Of a stretch of 64,000 bases of DNA, positions 25,701 to 38,210 are shown in pieces. This DNA is from Sphaerodactylus townsendi (Eukaryota). The number at the start of each line of letters is the position of its first letter. Position 1 is the first letter of the stretch. Under the pieces are notes generated by a model. That model was not told the DNA's origin, did not search any database, and saw nothing but the letters and a program-made list of their open reading frames with translations. A program made the translations under genes and the position numbers. The stretch lies in contig NC_059427.1 of the NCBI RefSeq assembly GCF_021028975.2, positions 156,178,001-156,242,000 on the forward strand, written 5' to 3'.

Positions 25701-26831
25701 TTAATTACGAACAAAACCCACTGAGAAATACACTTCAGCTTTCCAGATATTCGTCTGATTTCATTTCATGGACTACACCACATAGATTGCTACTTTCAAA
25801 ATAATAAAACAACAAAACCACAAAAAGGTCCTCAAACAAGTACATGGGAAGGTTTCCTAGTCCTACATGATTTTTTAAACAGCAAGCCAGTGGAATGCTG
25901 AAGGAGGCAGGCTTTATTTACAGATCAGCAGGTATATTTTACATTGAAGGAACAATTTATGGCTCTGGATTGAAATTAAAATGAGATTTGCTGTCCATTT
26001 CAATTAGTGCATCGTTGCAAATCCACACAGGAGGAGAATATAATCTCCTCTCTAATCTAACTAAACATTTCCAGGGAAGTTATCTAATCAGCGACAGATA
26101 TCTGGAGCCATAAATAGTGGGTGGGATCATTTTTAGTTTTTTGGGGGGGCAAACGTAAACATGACCTGCTCTTTCCAACACACTCCACTGCAAAGGGACA
26201 AGTCAAGCTTTGAGCACTGTTAACGGTGTATATGTATGTAAACATTCCTCTAGCAGTTTCCAAACTCTCTGAAAAATTACTAAGCGAATATTTTAAAACA
26301 GAACCTTCGGAATGTGCTAAAAAAGAAGGATTAAGGTGAAACCAGAATGTTGTGGTTTGATATGAGAGAGAGAGAAAGGAGTAGAGAGAAAGACAGAGAG
26401 AGGGGCTGCAAAGTTCTTAAAATTGTAAAGTACNNNNNNNNNNNNNNNNNNNNNNNNNNNNNNNNNNNNNNNNNNNNNNNNNNNNNNNNNNNNNNNNNNN
26501 NNNNNNNNNNNNNNNNNNNNNNNNNNNNNNNNNNNNNNNNNNNNNNNNNNNNNNNNNNNNNNNNNNTGTTTCCTTTTCCCTGCTTTCAAGATGGTCATGC
26601 AAGGAACACAAGCACTTGATTCCACATTTATTGACCAATAGTAAATTAGTGGAGGGAAAGAGAATTTATGGTTTAATATTTTATGCACACTTGAGATTTA
26701 TGGCTATAATTTCTGGCCTATTTGGGTAGCTAGGTATTAAGCAAGCACTAGGAGGTGGGGGAAACCAAACATCCAGATCTTCATAATCGTTTAATTAAAA
26801 AAAAAAGTCTAATTGGACTGTGATTTTTTAG

Positions 26832-26923
<92 letters not shown>
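26832..26923. repeat. (TTTC)n microsatellite
   Basis: Directly visible, about 320 bp upstream of the HOXC6 ATG. Confidence 0.95.
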
Positions 26924-27094
26924 GTGCCTCTCCCTCCTCCCCCCTTCCCCCGAAACCATACTTACTCTTCCCGCCCCCCCTTCTCCTAAACCATCTTATA
27001 TTTAGAATTTCAAGACTTACTTTCAATGCATACTTAGTTTCAACTGGGGAATCAACACAAGCAAAAGCAATTTTTCCGTGTCTTGACATCTAGC

Positions 27095-27242
27095 TTCCTA
27101 TTGGCTCACAACAGATCAGCTGACTTTGTCATTTTGTCTGTCCTGGAGTGGAGCCGTCCCTATAACAATCTAGTTCAGACTACAAACTGGAGACAGAAAT
27201 AAATATTAAAGAAATCATACAGCCAGGTATAGGGGGGAAGAT
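27095..27242 (+). promoter_or_regulatory. HOXC6 proximal promoter / conserved 5' leader
   Basis: ATTGG and CAGCTG, then TTTTGTCTGTCCTGGA-TGGAGCCGTCCCTATAAC...TACAAACTGGAGACAGAAATAAATATTAAAGAAATCATA, which matches the mammalian HOXC6 5'UTR as recalled. Confidence 0.7.
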
Positions 27243-27642
27243 ATGAATTCCTATTTCACAAACCCGTCGCTGTCCTGCCACCTCACCAGTGGTCAAGAGG
27301 TGCTGCCCAACGTGGCTCTGAATTCCACTGCCTATGACCCTGTAAGGCATTTTTCAACTTATGGAGCCGCGGTTGCTCAAAACAGGATCTATTCATCTCC
27401 TTTTTATTCACCGCAAGATAACGTTGTCTTTAGCTCCACTCGAGGACCCTATGATTACGGATCTAATGCCTTTTATCAAGAAAAAGACATGCTTTCTAGC
27501 TGCAGGCAAAATTCTATGGGACATAATACACAAACTTCCATTGCACAGGATTTTACCAGTGACCAAAACAGGAGCACATCCCAGGAACAGAAAACTAGCA
27601 TTCAGATATACCCGTGGATGCAGCGCATGAACTCCCACAGTG
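27243..27642 (+). CDS. HOXC6: Homeobox protein Hox-C6, exon 1
   Basis: Reads [14 protein letters not shown]...[14 protein letters not shown]. Donor G|GTAAGT at 27642/27643. Joins 28561-28871 to give 236 aa. Confidence 0.96.
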
Positions 27643-27725
27643 GTAAGTTTTACAGCTTGCAGAGATAAATTAAATAAACTGAACCATCTTTACGACCGTC
27701 TCCCTAGCAGAACAGTCTCAGCTAC

Positions 27726-27745
27726 TTTTTATGGCCCCATAAAAA
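27726..27745. promoter_or_regulatory. Palindromic Hox/Cdx site pair in the HOXC6 intron
   Basis: TTTTTATGG-CC-CCATAAAAA is a perfect 9-bp inverted repeat. TTTACGAC lies about 35 bp upstream. Confidence 0.6.
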
Positions 27746-28526
27746 CAATAATATAGCTTCCTCACAGTTGCCGCTACAGGCCTTTTATTTGTTAAGTTGT
27801 TGCAAGCAAATATGGCTTGTTATGCTGTTTCTAATTAAAAGACTTGGAGAGTGTAAAATATCTATAATAAAGTGCATTCAGCTTTTATTTTTTTTCTTTG
27901 AAGGGGGGCTGGGTGGGATTGAAGGACAGACTGGAACTGAGGTGTCTATGTATGTGTGTTTGTATGCATTAACCAATATATTCTATTCGTTGTGTCCCAT
28001 GTGTGTATATACACACCACACATACACATCTCTATATCCCTGATAGGTGAGCAAGGGTATTTTTACGAAGGGGGGGGGGGGAGAGAGAGAATGCAAAATG
28101 TCTTGTCCAATAACAGGTTTGGGAAAGGGGGATTTATGTAGTCGCTCGACTTCATCGTAGGTGAGAAGGAGGGTCTCTTCTTCGTAATTAAAGCCACGTT
28201 GGAGTAAAAATCTAATGAGATTTTTTTGGTAGAGTTTGGAGAAATAATTAAAGCTAAGACATTTTGAATCTTTGGAAATAAGATGGGGGGTGGGGAGAAG
28301 GTTTCAATTCGATCCCAACCCCCTCCCCCTTTCCTCCCAGCTGGGTTTTTAATGGGCAGCTAGGCTAAGGAACAGAATTAGATTTTTGAGGGAGGGGGGC
28401 GTGTTGGTGGATGACAATGAAGGCAGACCCTAAAAGATGGGGCTGGAGGTAGACGACGGGCATCCGTTTTCTCCCCTGTTTTTCTCTGTGCATTTATGGT
28501 TGGGTTTTTTTCAACCCCGTGGTTAA

Positions 28527-28871
<345 letters not shown>

Positions 28872-29818
28872 ACGTGGGCAGCGCGGCACCTTCCCCAGCA
28901 ACCCCTCCCTCTCCTCCGACACACACGGTGCCCCCTTTCCGCCGCCACCGTCACCCCACGTTGCTGCTCGCCCTCCCCTCCACACACCCCTGTTACCACT
29001 TTCACCATTCAGACTTTGGGGCTGCGTGAACGAGAGACTCTGGGGGATGCAGGGAAAGCTCCCTGGCCCTCTCCTCCCCCTCCCCACACCGCCCTATCCC
29101 CAGCACCCCCACTTCAGAACGAGGTCCAAAACTGTCTTGACTTTCTACCTAGGAAGGCCACCTTTACCTTCCAGCCCCACCTACCTTCTCTCCTTCATTC
29201 CCACCCCCACCCCCAGCCTATTTATCCCCCTTTGCATACGGACTGTATTGAATGCAACATCACAGCCCCCCCCCCCTTCCTTTCCTCCGCCACCTCTCCA
29301 TTCCTTCTCTGAAGACAGAACGGGGCTCACAAAAAGGCCCTGCAGGGCTGATTCTGGCTGCACTGGAAACCGACCGTGTCAGTATGAACTCTATGCAGTG
29401 TTTGGCTTCCAAAATAATAATTAGAACGGGGAGGAGGGGGGGGGGACCATTGAATTCCTTGTCCCTGCGAGAGAGAGAGAAGTTTCCTCCATTCTGCCCT
29501 TTTTTCCGAGCCTCTAAGCGATGTCTACCTAAATATAGCATTTTTTTCCAGAGTAAACTAATTGTATTTAAACACTACCTGGGTCATGATGCATACTATC
29601 AACTGTGACAGTTTCTGTGTGAATATTTTTAGCTGTATTTGTGGTCTCTTGTATTTATATTTATGTTTAGCACTGTAATGTTCAAACAGTATAAAGTGAA
29701 TGGAATTAGAGCAAGTAGGAAGCAGGAAAAAAAGGGGGGCGCGGACAACCCCCTTCGTGTTAACACTCTCTAACATCATGTATAAAGGTCACGTCCAGAG
29801 GACTATGGTTGAGTATTT

Positions 29819-29824
29819 AATAAA
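29819..29824 (+). terminator. Probable HOXC6 polyadenylation signal
   Basis: AATAAA followed by T/GT-rich sequence, about 950 nt after the stop. Confidence 0.55.
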
Positions 29825-31459
29825 AACTGGATATTATTTTTAAAATTTACTTGGGTGGCTTTTGGAATTTTAATGGGGACGCTCGAGGTGGAAGGGGCAG
29901 AATTACGCGCCTGTACCCCCTTTTCGATGCTGCAGGCTCCTCCAACGCCTCTCACTATCAACTGAGCCGAGTTTACTCGGAAGTAAATCTCACGGAGTCC
30001 AGCAGTCCATGCCTTCAGTGATGCCCGCATGGGATCCTTTTCTCTCTCTGTGTGAGAGAGTGTGTGTGTGTGGTGCGTGTGTAAACACGCCAAAAGGTGG
30101 AGAGCCCCTATTCGCCCCTGTGCGCTGAAAAACAACCTTGGGAAACCTGCTTCCATCCCTTCTGGCTCTGTAATTTCAAAAGCCCCGGCAGAAGGTCTTG
30201 CTTCAGCATCTCCGAGGTCAAACGTCCCTTCCAAAACAAAATTCTAGGCAACGAGCAGCGTTTTCGCCCCACTCCCCGGTTCTTGCCTCCTTCCGCTACC
30301 CTGAAATCTCCAAAGTGAAGCTGGGACCGGTCCAGGGACTCTTCCTACCCCTTTCTAAATTTATTCCGGCATAATACGCTGGATAGTGGGAGAAAACCTT
30401 TAAAAAAGACATTTTGGGAGGGCAGGGGCTTAAAAAGTCCCATTGGCAATAAGTACCTCAGAGTGCAATCGCAGCCATTGGTGTTGCATTGTGATTCTGA
30501 GTCGGGAATTGTTCTGAGCCTTCTTGCTTTACCTCACAGGCGTCTTAGAAAGAGATACAAATTTGCAAGCGAAATCTTTGTTATCTCAAGTATATCGACC
30601 AGCGAGAAGCCTGAGCCACCCCTTAACATGTTCTGTGGAACCCCCCAGGCTCCCATCTGAACTAAACAAAAGACCAACATGCTTTCGGGCAGTTTGTTGG
30701 TTTCTCATCTTTGCTTTTCCAGAGCCCTTCCAGTTTTCTTAGGGTGTGCATGCATCAGCAGACATGTTCTGCACTCCCTGTGTGTGTCAGAGAGAAAAGG
30801 AGAGTCCCTGTTTCTTTCTTCATGCTAGTGTGCGCATGAGAGACAGAACTCAAATTCTAAATAAGGTTATTGAAGACAGCAAATATCTCTACCGTAAATA
30901 TATAAAGCAAACATATCTCTATTTCAAGGTACATAGCCACGCATCTCTCTCTTCCGAATGAAATGGAATATTTAAATATTTTGATCAGTCCTGTGAGCTG
31001 AACTTTTGGCTGCAGGTCTGGCAAATTAAAAAAACAACTCACCCTCTTAAAAATAGCTAAAGATTATATAAAGGCCTTTAAAACAGTATAAGAGGTTTAA
31101 GGTGTAAGATACCAGGAGGTCTTTAAAATCTCTCCCGTACAAACCTCAACTCCAAACATTGCACAAAAACTGGAGCAAAATCAGGGAAAATTCGGTTTCC
31201 ACTCGGCCCTTCCCTACCTTGAAACCATACAGTAAAATGGAAACGAATCCTGTTTGGTCTCGTGAGTATTCCTAAAGGCGTATTCCTTTCTCTCTCTCTA
31301 GACTGGCCAGATAAAGCCACTCTCCTGTTTGAAACGAGCAAGGGAAATGTTAACATATACCTTTACCTGTGAGTCCCCCCCCCAAAAAAAAGCTCACATA
31401 CAGACCATATAAACGAGAAACAAGGTGTATGTTTATTTCACTCGCCCACAGCATGAAAA

Positions 31460-31469
31460 TGATTTATGG
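31460..31469 (+). promoter_or_regulatory. Pbx-Hox composite site between HOXC6 and HOXC5
   Basis: TGATTTATGG is an exact composite consensus. Confidence 0.45.
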
Positions 31470-32136
31470 CCAGGCCGATTTGATTCACAACCGCCATTGG
31501 ATACACACTCACACTCACACGCAGCCACACAGCTACGAACACAGCCCACAGATCCTTCACACAGAGACCGGAAGATTAATATAGCCTTGGATCCCATCCG
31601 CTGCATATGGATGAACATCAACAGCAGCTCTGTCCGATTCATTATGCATGCATGCATGCAAAGAACACATGGCACAGACATGTGCGTCAGACACATGATC
31701 TGAATACATACAAAGCGTGCTGAGAGAATTGCCTGCGGCCCAGCCCATGTGGACTTTCTGGCACGCCAAGAGAATTCGAACCCAGCTCTTGGCGAATAAC
31801 GTCTGCGCCAAATCGCAGCACTCGCCTGGGGCTGAGAGGCACAGACAGTCGCAGCACACAAGTACACAACACCGTCTACTTCAACGGGGTAGCTTCTCAT
31901 ATCGGGTCTATCGATGAGGAAATATTATTTGCACACGTTTCTTCTCCAGGCCGTATTTCACATTATGGACTGCAAAGGCAGAAAATTCCCTGCGAGTCCT
32001 TGTGGACGGGAAATCAGCTCTTCCTTCCATCCTTTGGAAGATTTAGGCGTTTGTGGGTATTGAGGTATTCCACGCCCTTCAGCCCGGAGCGTTAGCAGAG
32101 GGGTAGTATTTTATGAAACGTCATACCCCAGACCCG

Positions 32137-32152
32137 GCACCAGGTGACGCTA
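32137..32152 (+). promoter_or_regulatory. Possible CTCF motif upstream of HOXC5
   Basis: GCACCAGGTGACGCTA has two mismatches to CCACCAGGTGGCGCTA. It lies in the C6|C5 interval, where mammals have a CTCF boundary. Confidence 0.35.
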
Positions 32153-32240
32153 TAGTCTCATTGTCTCCGTGTTTTGAGCGTGGGGCTCTTTTTTTCCCCC
32201 GGTTTCGCTATGCCAACATCTCACATACGTTTCACGGGCT

Positions 32241-32345
32241 TCCATCAATAACCTCCTGGGGTCATCAAGCCAAATTTATGACTGGCCAACATTGTCACGT
32301 GATTCTATTTAAACATCCCATATTTGGGCAGCGCACATAGAATAA
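32241..32345 (+). promoter_or_regulatory. HOXC5 proximal promoter (conserved Hox5 type)
   Basis: CCATCAATAAC 32242-32252, AATTTATGAC, E-box CACGTG 32296-32301, TATTTAAA 32306-32313 and CCATATTTGG 32318-32327. Confidence 0.7.
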
Positions 32346-32458
32346 AGAAAAGAAGGATCTCCACCTATAAATTCTGCACTTTAGAGAACAAAAAACCTGA
32401 ACTTCAAAAGGGCCACAAATCAAGCCTAATCAAAGGGGTGTGAGAGAAAAGAGCGAGG

Positions 32459-32497
<39 letters not shown>

Positions 32498-32520
32498 TGG
32501 GGGAAAATATAATTCCTGAC

Positions 32521-33001
32521 ATGAGTTCCTACGTAGCCAATTCGTTCTATAAGCAAAATCCAAATGTCCCAGCCTATGCCATGCAAAATTATGGGAATTA
32601 TGGATCTGTGGCTGAGGTTCAGCCATCCAGGTATTGCTACAGTGGGCTGGATCTGAGCATTACATTCCCTTCATCTGGGGCTTCCAACTCTCTGAACGGT
32701 GTGGACATGTCTTCAACCCCCAGAACTAACCCCGACCGACCTTCCTGTACAGTCATGGGATCTTCAGGGCACACTTTAGGCAGAGACGACCAGGCACCTC
32801 TAAACCCAGGAATTTACAGTCAGAAAACTGGTAACAGCAACACCTCCACCACGTCGATGGAAGATAGATCTAAGAGCGGTGGGGAAATCAAGAATGAACC
32901 GGTGCAAACAGCCCAGCAAAGCGGGCAGACCCATCAGCCGCCGCCGCACCAGCCGCCTCCACAAATATATCCGTGGATGACCAAACTCCACATGAGCCAC
33001 G
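32521..33001 (+). CDS. HOXC5: Homeobox protein Hox-C5, exon 1
   Basis: Reads MSSYVANSFYKQNPNVPAYAMQNYGNYGS...PQIYPWMTKLHMSH. Donor G|GTAAAC at 33001/33002. Joins 33706-33920 to give 231 aa. Confidence 0.96.
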
Positions 33002-33093
33002 GTAAACTTTCGCTTCTCGATTTTGTTTCACAGGATTTGCCTGGGTTTTATAGGCCATACGGGGCAAATAATAAGGGGGGGGGGGAACCTGGG

Positions 33094-33110
33094 GTCGTAA
33101 ATTTTACGAC
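33094..33110. promoter_or_regulatory. Palindromic Hox/Cdx site pair in the HOXC5 intron
   Basis: GTCGTAAA-T-TTTACGAC is a perfect inverted repeat, flanked by TTTTATAGG, CTCGTAAAA and TTTATGAC. Confidence 0.65.
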
Positions 33111-33705
33111 TAAGGCATCAATTGCTCGTAAAACTGTCCTCTAAAAGGCTTAGAGGCTATATACGCCCAAATTTATGACGGCATAATTGGATCATAGAAA
33201 CAAAACGGGTATAAAGGCAATATTCTGTTTGGGGGCGGTAAGGTAGAGGAGAAGGAAAGAATTTTTTTAAAGGGTGGGAAATAATTTGGAAACGCGGGCT
33301 TTCTTGAAGAGGGTTTATAGGTTTTCAGAAGCGTTGCCACATTTATTCCATAAGCTATGGCTTTCGCAGCCTAGGAAATGGACGGCGAGGTCTAATTTTC
33401 CTTCTCAGAGGCACTTTTCTCGTGGTTTGAGTAGAAATCGTTTCCTTGGGGGCTAACCTTAGCTTGAACTCCAAACTTTAGCGAGAAGGTATTAGACCCC
33501 CTCCCCCCACAAACACCCCAATGTACCAGTAAACATTTTTAAAAAAACTATGTAAAACCAAAGAATCTCCTTCACATTATTGTAGCCTTTCTGACGCTGT
33601 TCCCCTCCATCCTTTTTCTTTCTTTTTTTTTTTTTAAATCCAACAACTTCATGGTCGGTTTGTTTTGTGCTCTCTTTTTTTTATGCGCTGCCTTTTCTTT
33701 TCCAG

Positions 33706-33920
33706 AAGCAGACGGCAAACGCTCCAGAACCAGCTACACTCGCTATCAAACTCTGGAACTCGAAAAAGAGTTCCATTTTAACAGATATCTCACCCGCCGG
33801 AGGCGCATAGAGATTGCCAACAACCTGTGTTTGAATGAGAGGCAAATCAAAATATGGTTTCAAAACCGGCGGATGAAATGGAAGAAAGATTCCAAAATGA
33901 AAAGCAAAGAAGCCCTCTAG
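33706..33920 (+). CDS. HOXC5: Homeobox protein Hox-C5, exon 2 (homeodomain)
   Basis: Acceptor TTTTCCAG| at 33705/33706. Reads [71 protein letters not shown]. Confidence 0.97.
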
Positions 33921-35215
33921 GTAGAAGTCTGGGACGGGGTGGGGGCGGCGGCGGCGGCGGCGGGGGCAGGGGCAGGGGGTGGGAACCAGGTCGTGTTGAC
34001 AAGAAGTGAGCAACCTATCTTGAGAAAACTTTTTGGGGGGGGGCTTGGGCGAGGAGAGTGGGAAAGGCGGGGGGTGGGGGTGGTCGCGGACTGACCTGAG
34101 CTACTCGCTCTGGCAAATCTATCAGACAAAAGGCGTTTTCTTATTAGTATGCAAAATAAAGCCCCCCCCCTTTTAGCTTCCAGTAGAAGCCACAGTTAAG
34201 CTACTCTGGAGGACTCGTAACAAGCCGCGCTCTCTAACCTCCCGATAGGTGGGAAGGGAGACATGTGTTGGGTCAACTCACAACCCGGTCCAGAGTTGAA
34301 TGGGGGACGTTTGACGGGTCTTCAACATCACCACGAGAAACAGTATTATCATAAGTGTAGGACATGATCCTGGAAGCTGTTAGGAGTTTTGAAGTGAGGA
34401 GGAGAGGAGGGATGGTATCTTCACGACTTTGAGAAAGTCCAAAAGCCTTGGTCCCTAGCACCAGAACTCGGAAGTCGGAGATGCCTCCAGACTTTCCCAT
34501 CCAAGGCCGAGGAGGTTGAAAATTGCCATTCCTGGGCACGCTTGAGATGCGGGTGAGTCCTCCTGGGCTCCATGGAGACTTACTTCCGAGTAAACGTGCC
34601 TGGGACGGAGAAGCGTGCCCTGAGGGCGGCGTGCCCTGAGGGCGAGAGCCCCTGTTTACTTTTGAGGCGCATTGAAAGTTTGCCACATGTGGTTTTCTGG
34701 ATGCACTTAATCTGAAAGGTTGGGGAGGGCGGGGAGGGGGGGCGGTCATGCTCGTAAGAGATGAGTTCCTCGGGACTGGGGTGCGCGTGTGTTTGTATGT
34801 GTGTGTTTCACTTTATTATCTCACCACCACCCCCTTCCTCAGTGACTTATTTTTGTATTATTTGCATATGAAAGAAAAGTGAATGGACAATGAGCAAATC
34901 TGTTTTAGCGTCTCCCCTGGGAGATTTGCGCAAAAATATGAAAGCACTGTTTTGGGAGTGGGCGGGGAAGGGGAGAAGAGCAGTGAAGTCTCTGGACTTA
35001 AATATTCCTGTGTATTTATTTGCTTCGTAATTAATGTGGCTTTGCAAACAAAAAACCCGATATGCTGAATTTTCATACAAATGTACACCTTCTGTTTACA
35101 TGTACGCCATTCTAGCCAGTAATCCCTTTCCTCTCCTCGATGTTGTATTCCATATATTTATTGGTTGTAATTTCATATGTGAAAGACCATGGAACATATA
35201 TATTTTGTCATATTG

Positions 35216-35221
35216 AATAAA
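35216..35221 (+). terminator. Probable HOXC5 polyadenylation signal
   Basis: AATAAA after an AU-rich block, about 1.3 kb after the stop. Confidence 0.5.
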
Positions 35222-35286
35222 CGTTAAAGAAGACTTAAACAATTAAGGTTGTGGAAAGGAGGACTCTTTTAAGGTGCCTGTTTCTT

Positions 35287-35360
35287 AATTTTATTTATTT
35301 ATTTTTATTTTATTTATTTATTAGATTTTTATACCGCCTTATCCCCAAGGGGCTCCGGTT
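35287..35360 (-). mobile_element. 3'-tail fragment of an L2-type LINE/SINE
   Basis: (TTTA)n followed by gatttttataccgcc...ggctc. On the minus strand this reads GGCGGTATAAAAATC(TAAA)n, a typical L2/SINE 3' end. Confidence 0.5.
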
Positions 35361-38084
35361 AAGTGGTTAAGTGGTTATCATTCAAAAACCACCACCACCA
35401 CCCCTCTTTAACCTACTGTTTGTTTGGTACAAAAAAAATCTCAGGTAGGAGGGGGGATCCCCTTGATTTTTACCTGGTCAAGCTAAAAAACAAAACAAAC
35501 CCTGAGGCAGTGGTTGAACTACAGCAAACCTCTTTGAAATCCTATTGCATCCAATGGGAGAGTTAAGATATTCTCAAAAACCAAAATGCTAAATCCAAAC
35601 TTTCACAAGTTTCTGTCTCTGGATTTTGGAGTCTTCTTCATACCAATGGGTCTTACTGAGTCCTCAGGTTGGAAGGGAGTCCCTGGGGTTGACTTGGAAA
35701 CAAAGATGCATAGGATTGCGTTGGTCTTAGTTTCAACTAAGGAAGCCTGGGGACACTTGCGAATCTTGTTTTCTCCCCCCAAAGTACTGTGAGTTGTGTG
35801 CATTCCTTTTGTCTGTCTCTATGCTGTCTTCCCCAACTAGCATTTCAGAAAAGGTTGGGCCTTGCCTGAAATGCTGAGCAGTTTTTGATGTAAACATTGT
35901 ATGGCACTGAGTACTTCCACTGATGTACAAAGGACTTGGTACGTTTCTGTCTCTTCCTTTCTCTTTCTCCCATTTCCAAAATCTCAGTCGTTCGGATATT
36001 TTTAAAACTGGGTTATTTGGCAAGAATGTATTGTTTGTGACATTCCTGCTAAAGAATCCATTTTATATCTTTTTTAAAATCCCACTGAAGAGAATCAGTG
36101 GGCTCAGGCATATAGTTCTGTGTCTAGATCACTTCCCATGGACTCTGTGAAGGTAAATGTTTTATCCGAGGAATGTATATAATAGAATTAGCTAAGGATT
36201 GTACAGCAGGACAGTCGGGTAGGGCAGGCTAATTTGGACGGCTGTATCAAGTGGGCTCTTTGGGGAAAGTTTTCACTTTCTAGATGTTATGTAAGGAGAA
36301 GAAAGTGCAGCCAAACCTGCCCTATCTTTCTCCGGGTGCTTGAAGACCTCACCCCACAGATTCCTAAGGCCTTTTAAAAAATAGCTTATACAGTCTTCTT
36401 TATTTAACATGTCCAAGAATCTCAAAAGTTAACTTCGCTAACTAAAGAGGCCAATGGATGTGGGAAGGAAGGTTGTGCATGCATTTTTGGGATTTTTGTT
36501 GTTGTCTATATGCTGACTGTATACACCTCCTCACAGATCCACACTCTCAGGTGGGTATGCCTGACCTATCTTCAGAACTATTTACAGTAGAACCAAACTT
36601 GGAATGCGGGATTTCAATAGCTCAATAAAAACCTTTATAGTGTCTCCTTGACACACTCCAAACAATGGAGCCATTTCCTGAACCAGGAAACAAACATTTC
36701 TTTGCATGATGGTGGAAACTTCTAAGGGCAGAACTGGAGCAGCCTGCTAAAAATTGCCAACTTGGCAGGCTGTTCCTACCACCGACACACTCGGCTCTGT
36801 TTTTGTAGTCCACTGGTTTTATTATTGTGATTATTATTGAGTGGTCTCCGGCAGGATCAAATAATACTGTCACTAAGGCAATGACAATTTATTTTATTGC
36901 AATTTTACAGTCCATTTGAAAGTCTCTCTTCCCTTTTCCGGCTCAGCTTGTAATTTTCTTTCTTTCTTTCTTTACTTGCTTACTTGTTTGTTTAGGCATT
37001 GAGTGTTAATAAAGCCAGGGCAAAGCAGATCAAAGGTCTAGGCTTTCTTGTCTGATCCAGAGCTGTTTTTTAAAACAAAAATTGTCATTTATTTTGCCCC
37101 ATGCTTTTATAACGTACATTTCCCAAGAGGACAGCAACATAAAATGGCATATGATATATTTCGCCGATGTTTGGAAATACTTGTGTATTACCTATTTACT
37201 CAGGTGCAGAAAAGAACTTATATGTAGGTAACTCTTGTCTTAGACCCATAGGTGTTTCTCCACATCTGTTTTAATCTATTTTATCTGCAGGTTTTTCGGT
37301 TGCCCTCCTCCCCCACCCCCCCTTTAAATCTTGGCCTTTCCTTTCCCTTTAATCGGAAGTCTGCCAAAGAATAATTGGGCTTGACAGGTTAGGGTTAACA
37401 AAATCAGATGTACTTTTGTTTTATCCGGGGGGGGGGGGGGGACCCTTCGCGCGGAGACGTCCAAACTTTTCCATTACCATAACGCGAACCAGCCGAGTAT
37501 ATACAGCTTTATGATTAATTATTCGTTTATCCAGCGAACAACGTGGGACTATTTAGGCCTCTTCCCTGTCTTTTTAAAAAGTAATTTTTCAGGACTGATT
37601 AATATTTGGCTGTTGGGCTTGTCGTTGGCTTTTCGGTATTCACCACCTAGCCCCCTCCTCTTCCCTCCCCCCCCCCTCGCCTTTCTCCTGCTTTTCAGTC
37701 CCCCTCCTAAAAAGAACTCTGGCAAAGTCAAGAAGGAAATGAAACATCGCTTACCTTCACTGTCATCCGTGTCAACACGGTGGGGACTTTTTAAAAAGGC
37801 CTCCAAACAAGAAAAGAAGGGAGAGGGAAAGGGGGGGGAGAGGAGAGAGAGAGACACCCACGGTTCCAATGTTTGTGTGCTTTCAAAGAGACACAGAGGA
37901 AGGAAGGGGGGGCGGGTGGGAAGAAAAAACAACAAATAATAATAATCCAGGATTTTTAAAGCCCGGGCTTTCCCCTTTCGCTCGGAACATTAGCCGAAAT
38001 ACCCGTGGCTTCTAAGTGAATTTAGTAGTTTCAAACTTTTGAAGGTTATTTATGTGGATAGCCCAAAGCAAAAGCCCTGAATGG

Positions 38085-38210
38085 CTCTCGGTGAGCACGT
38101 GGTGTCATTAAACTAAGTTTTATGGTTTGGGGGAGCTGACATACCCACAATATATTTACATCATATATAATCTTAACTGTCCACCATCGCAGCTGCTAGA
38201 GCTGCTTAAC
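38085..38210 (+). promoter_or_regulatory. Conserved Hox5-Hox4 intergenic promoter
   Basis: E-box CACGTG 38096-38101, TGTCATTAA, TTTTATGG 38118-38125, GCTGACA and TATA-like TATATAA 38164-38170. This arrangement recurs between Hox5 and Hox4 in other clusters, as recalled. Candidate donor CT|GTAAGT at 38307/38308. Confidence 0.7.

Noticed and set aside
7290-27242. A HoxC7 gene or coding pseudogene
   Set aside because: No homeobox-like translation appears in the ORF track. Absence of HoxC7 is the normal tetrapod state.
32440-32520. N-terminal extension of HOXC5 (MREKSEGERERE...)
   Set aside because: It starts at a non-ATG codon and stays open only because of a GA microsatellite.
33002-33705. 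miR-615 in the HOXC5 intron
   Set aside because: No miR-615-like GC-rich hairpin is visible. It is a eutherian miRNA, so absence is expected.
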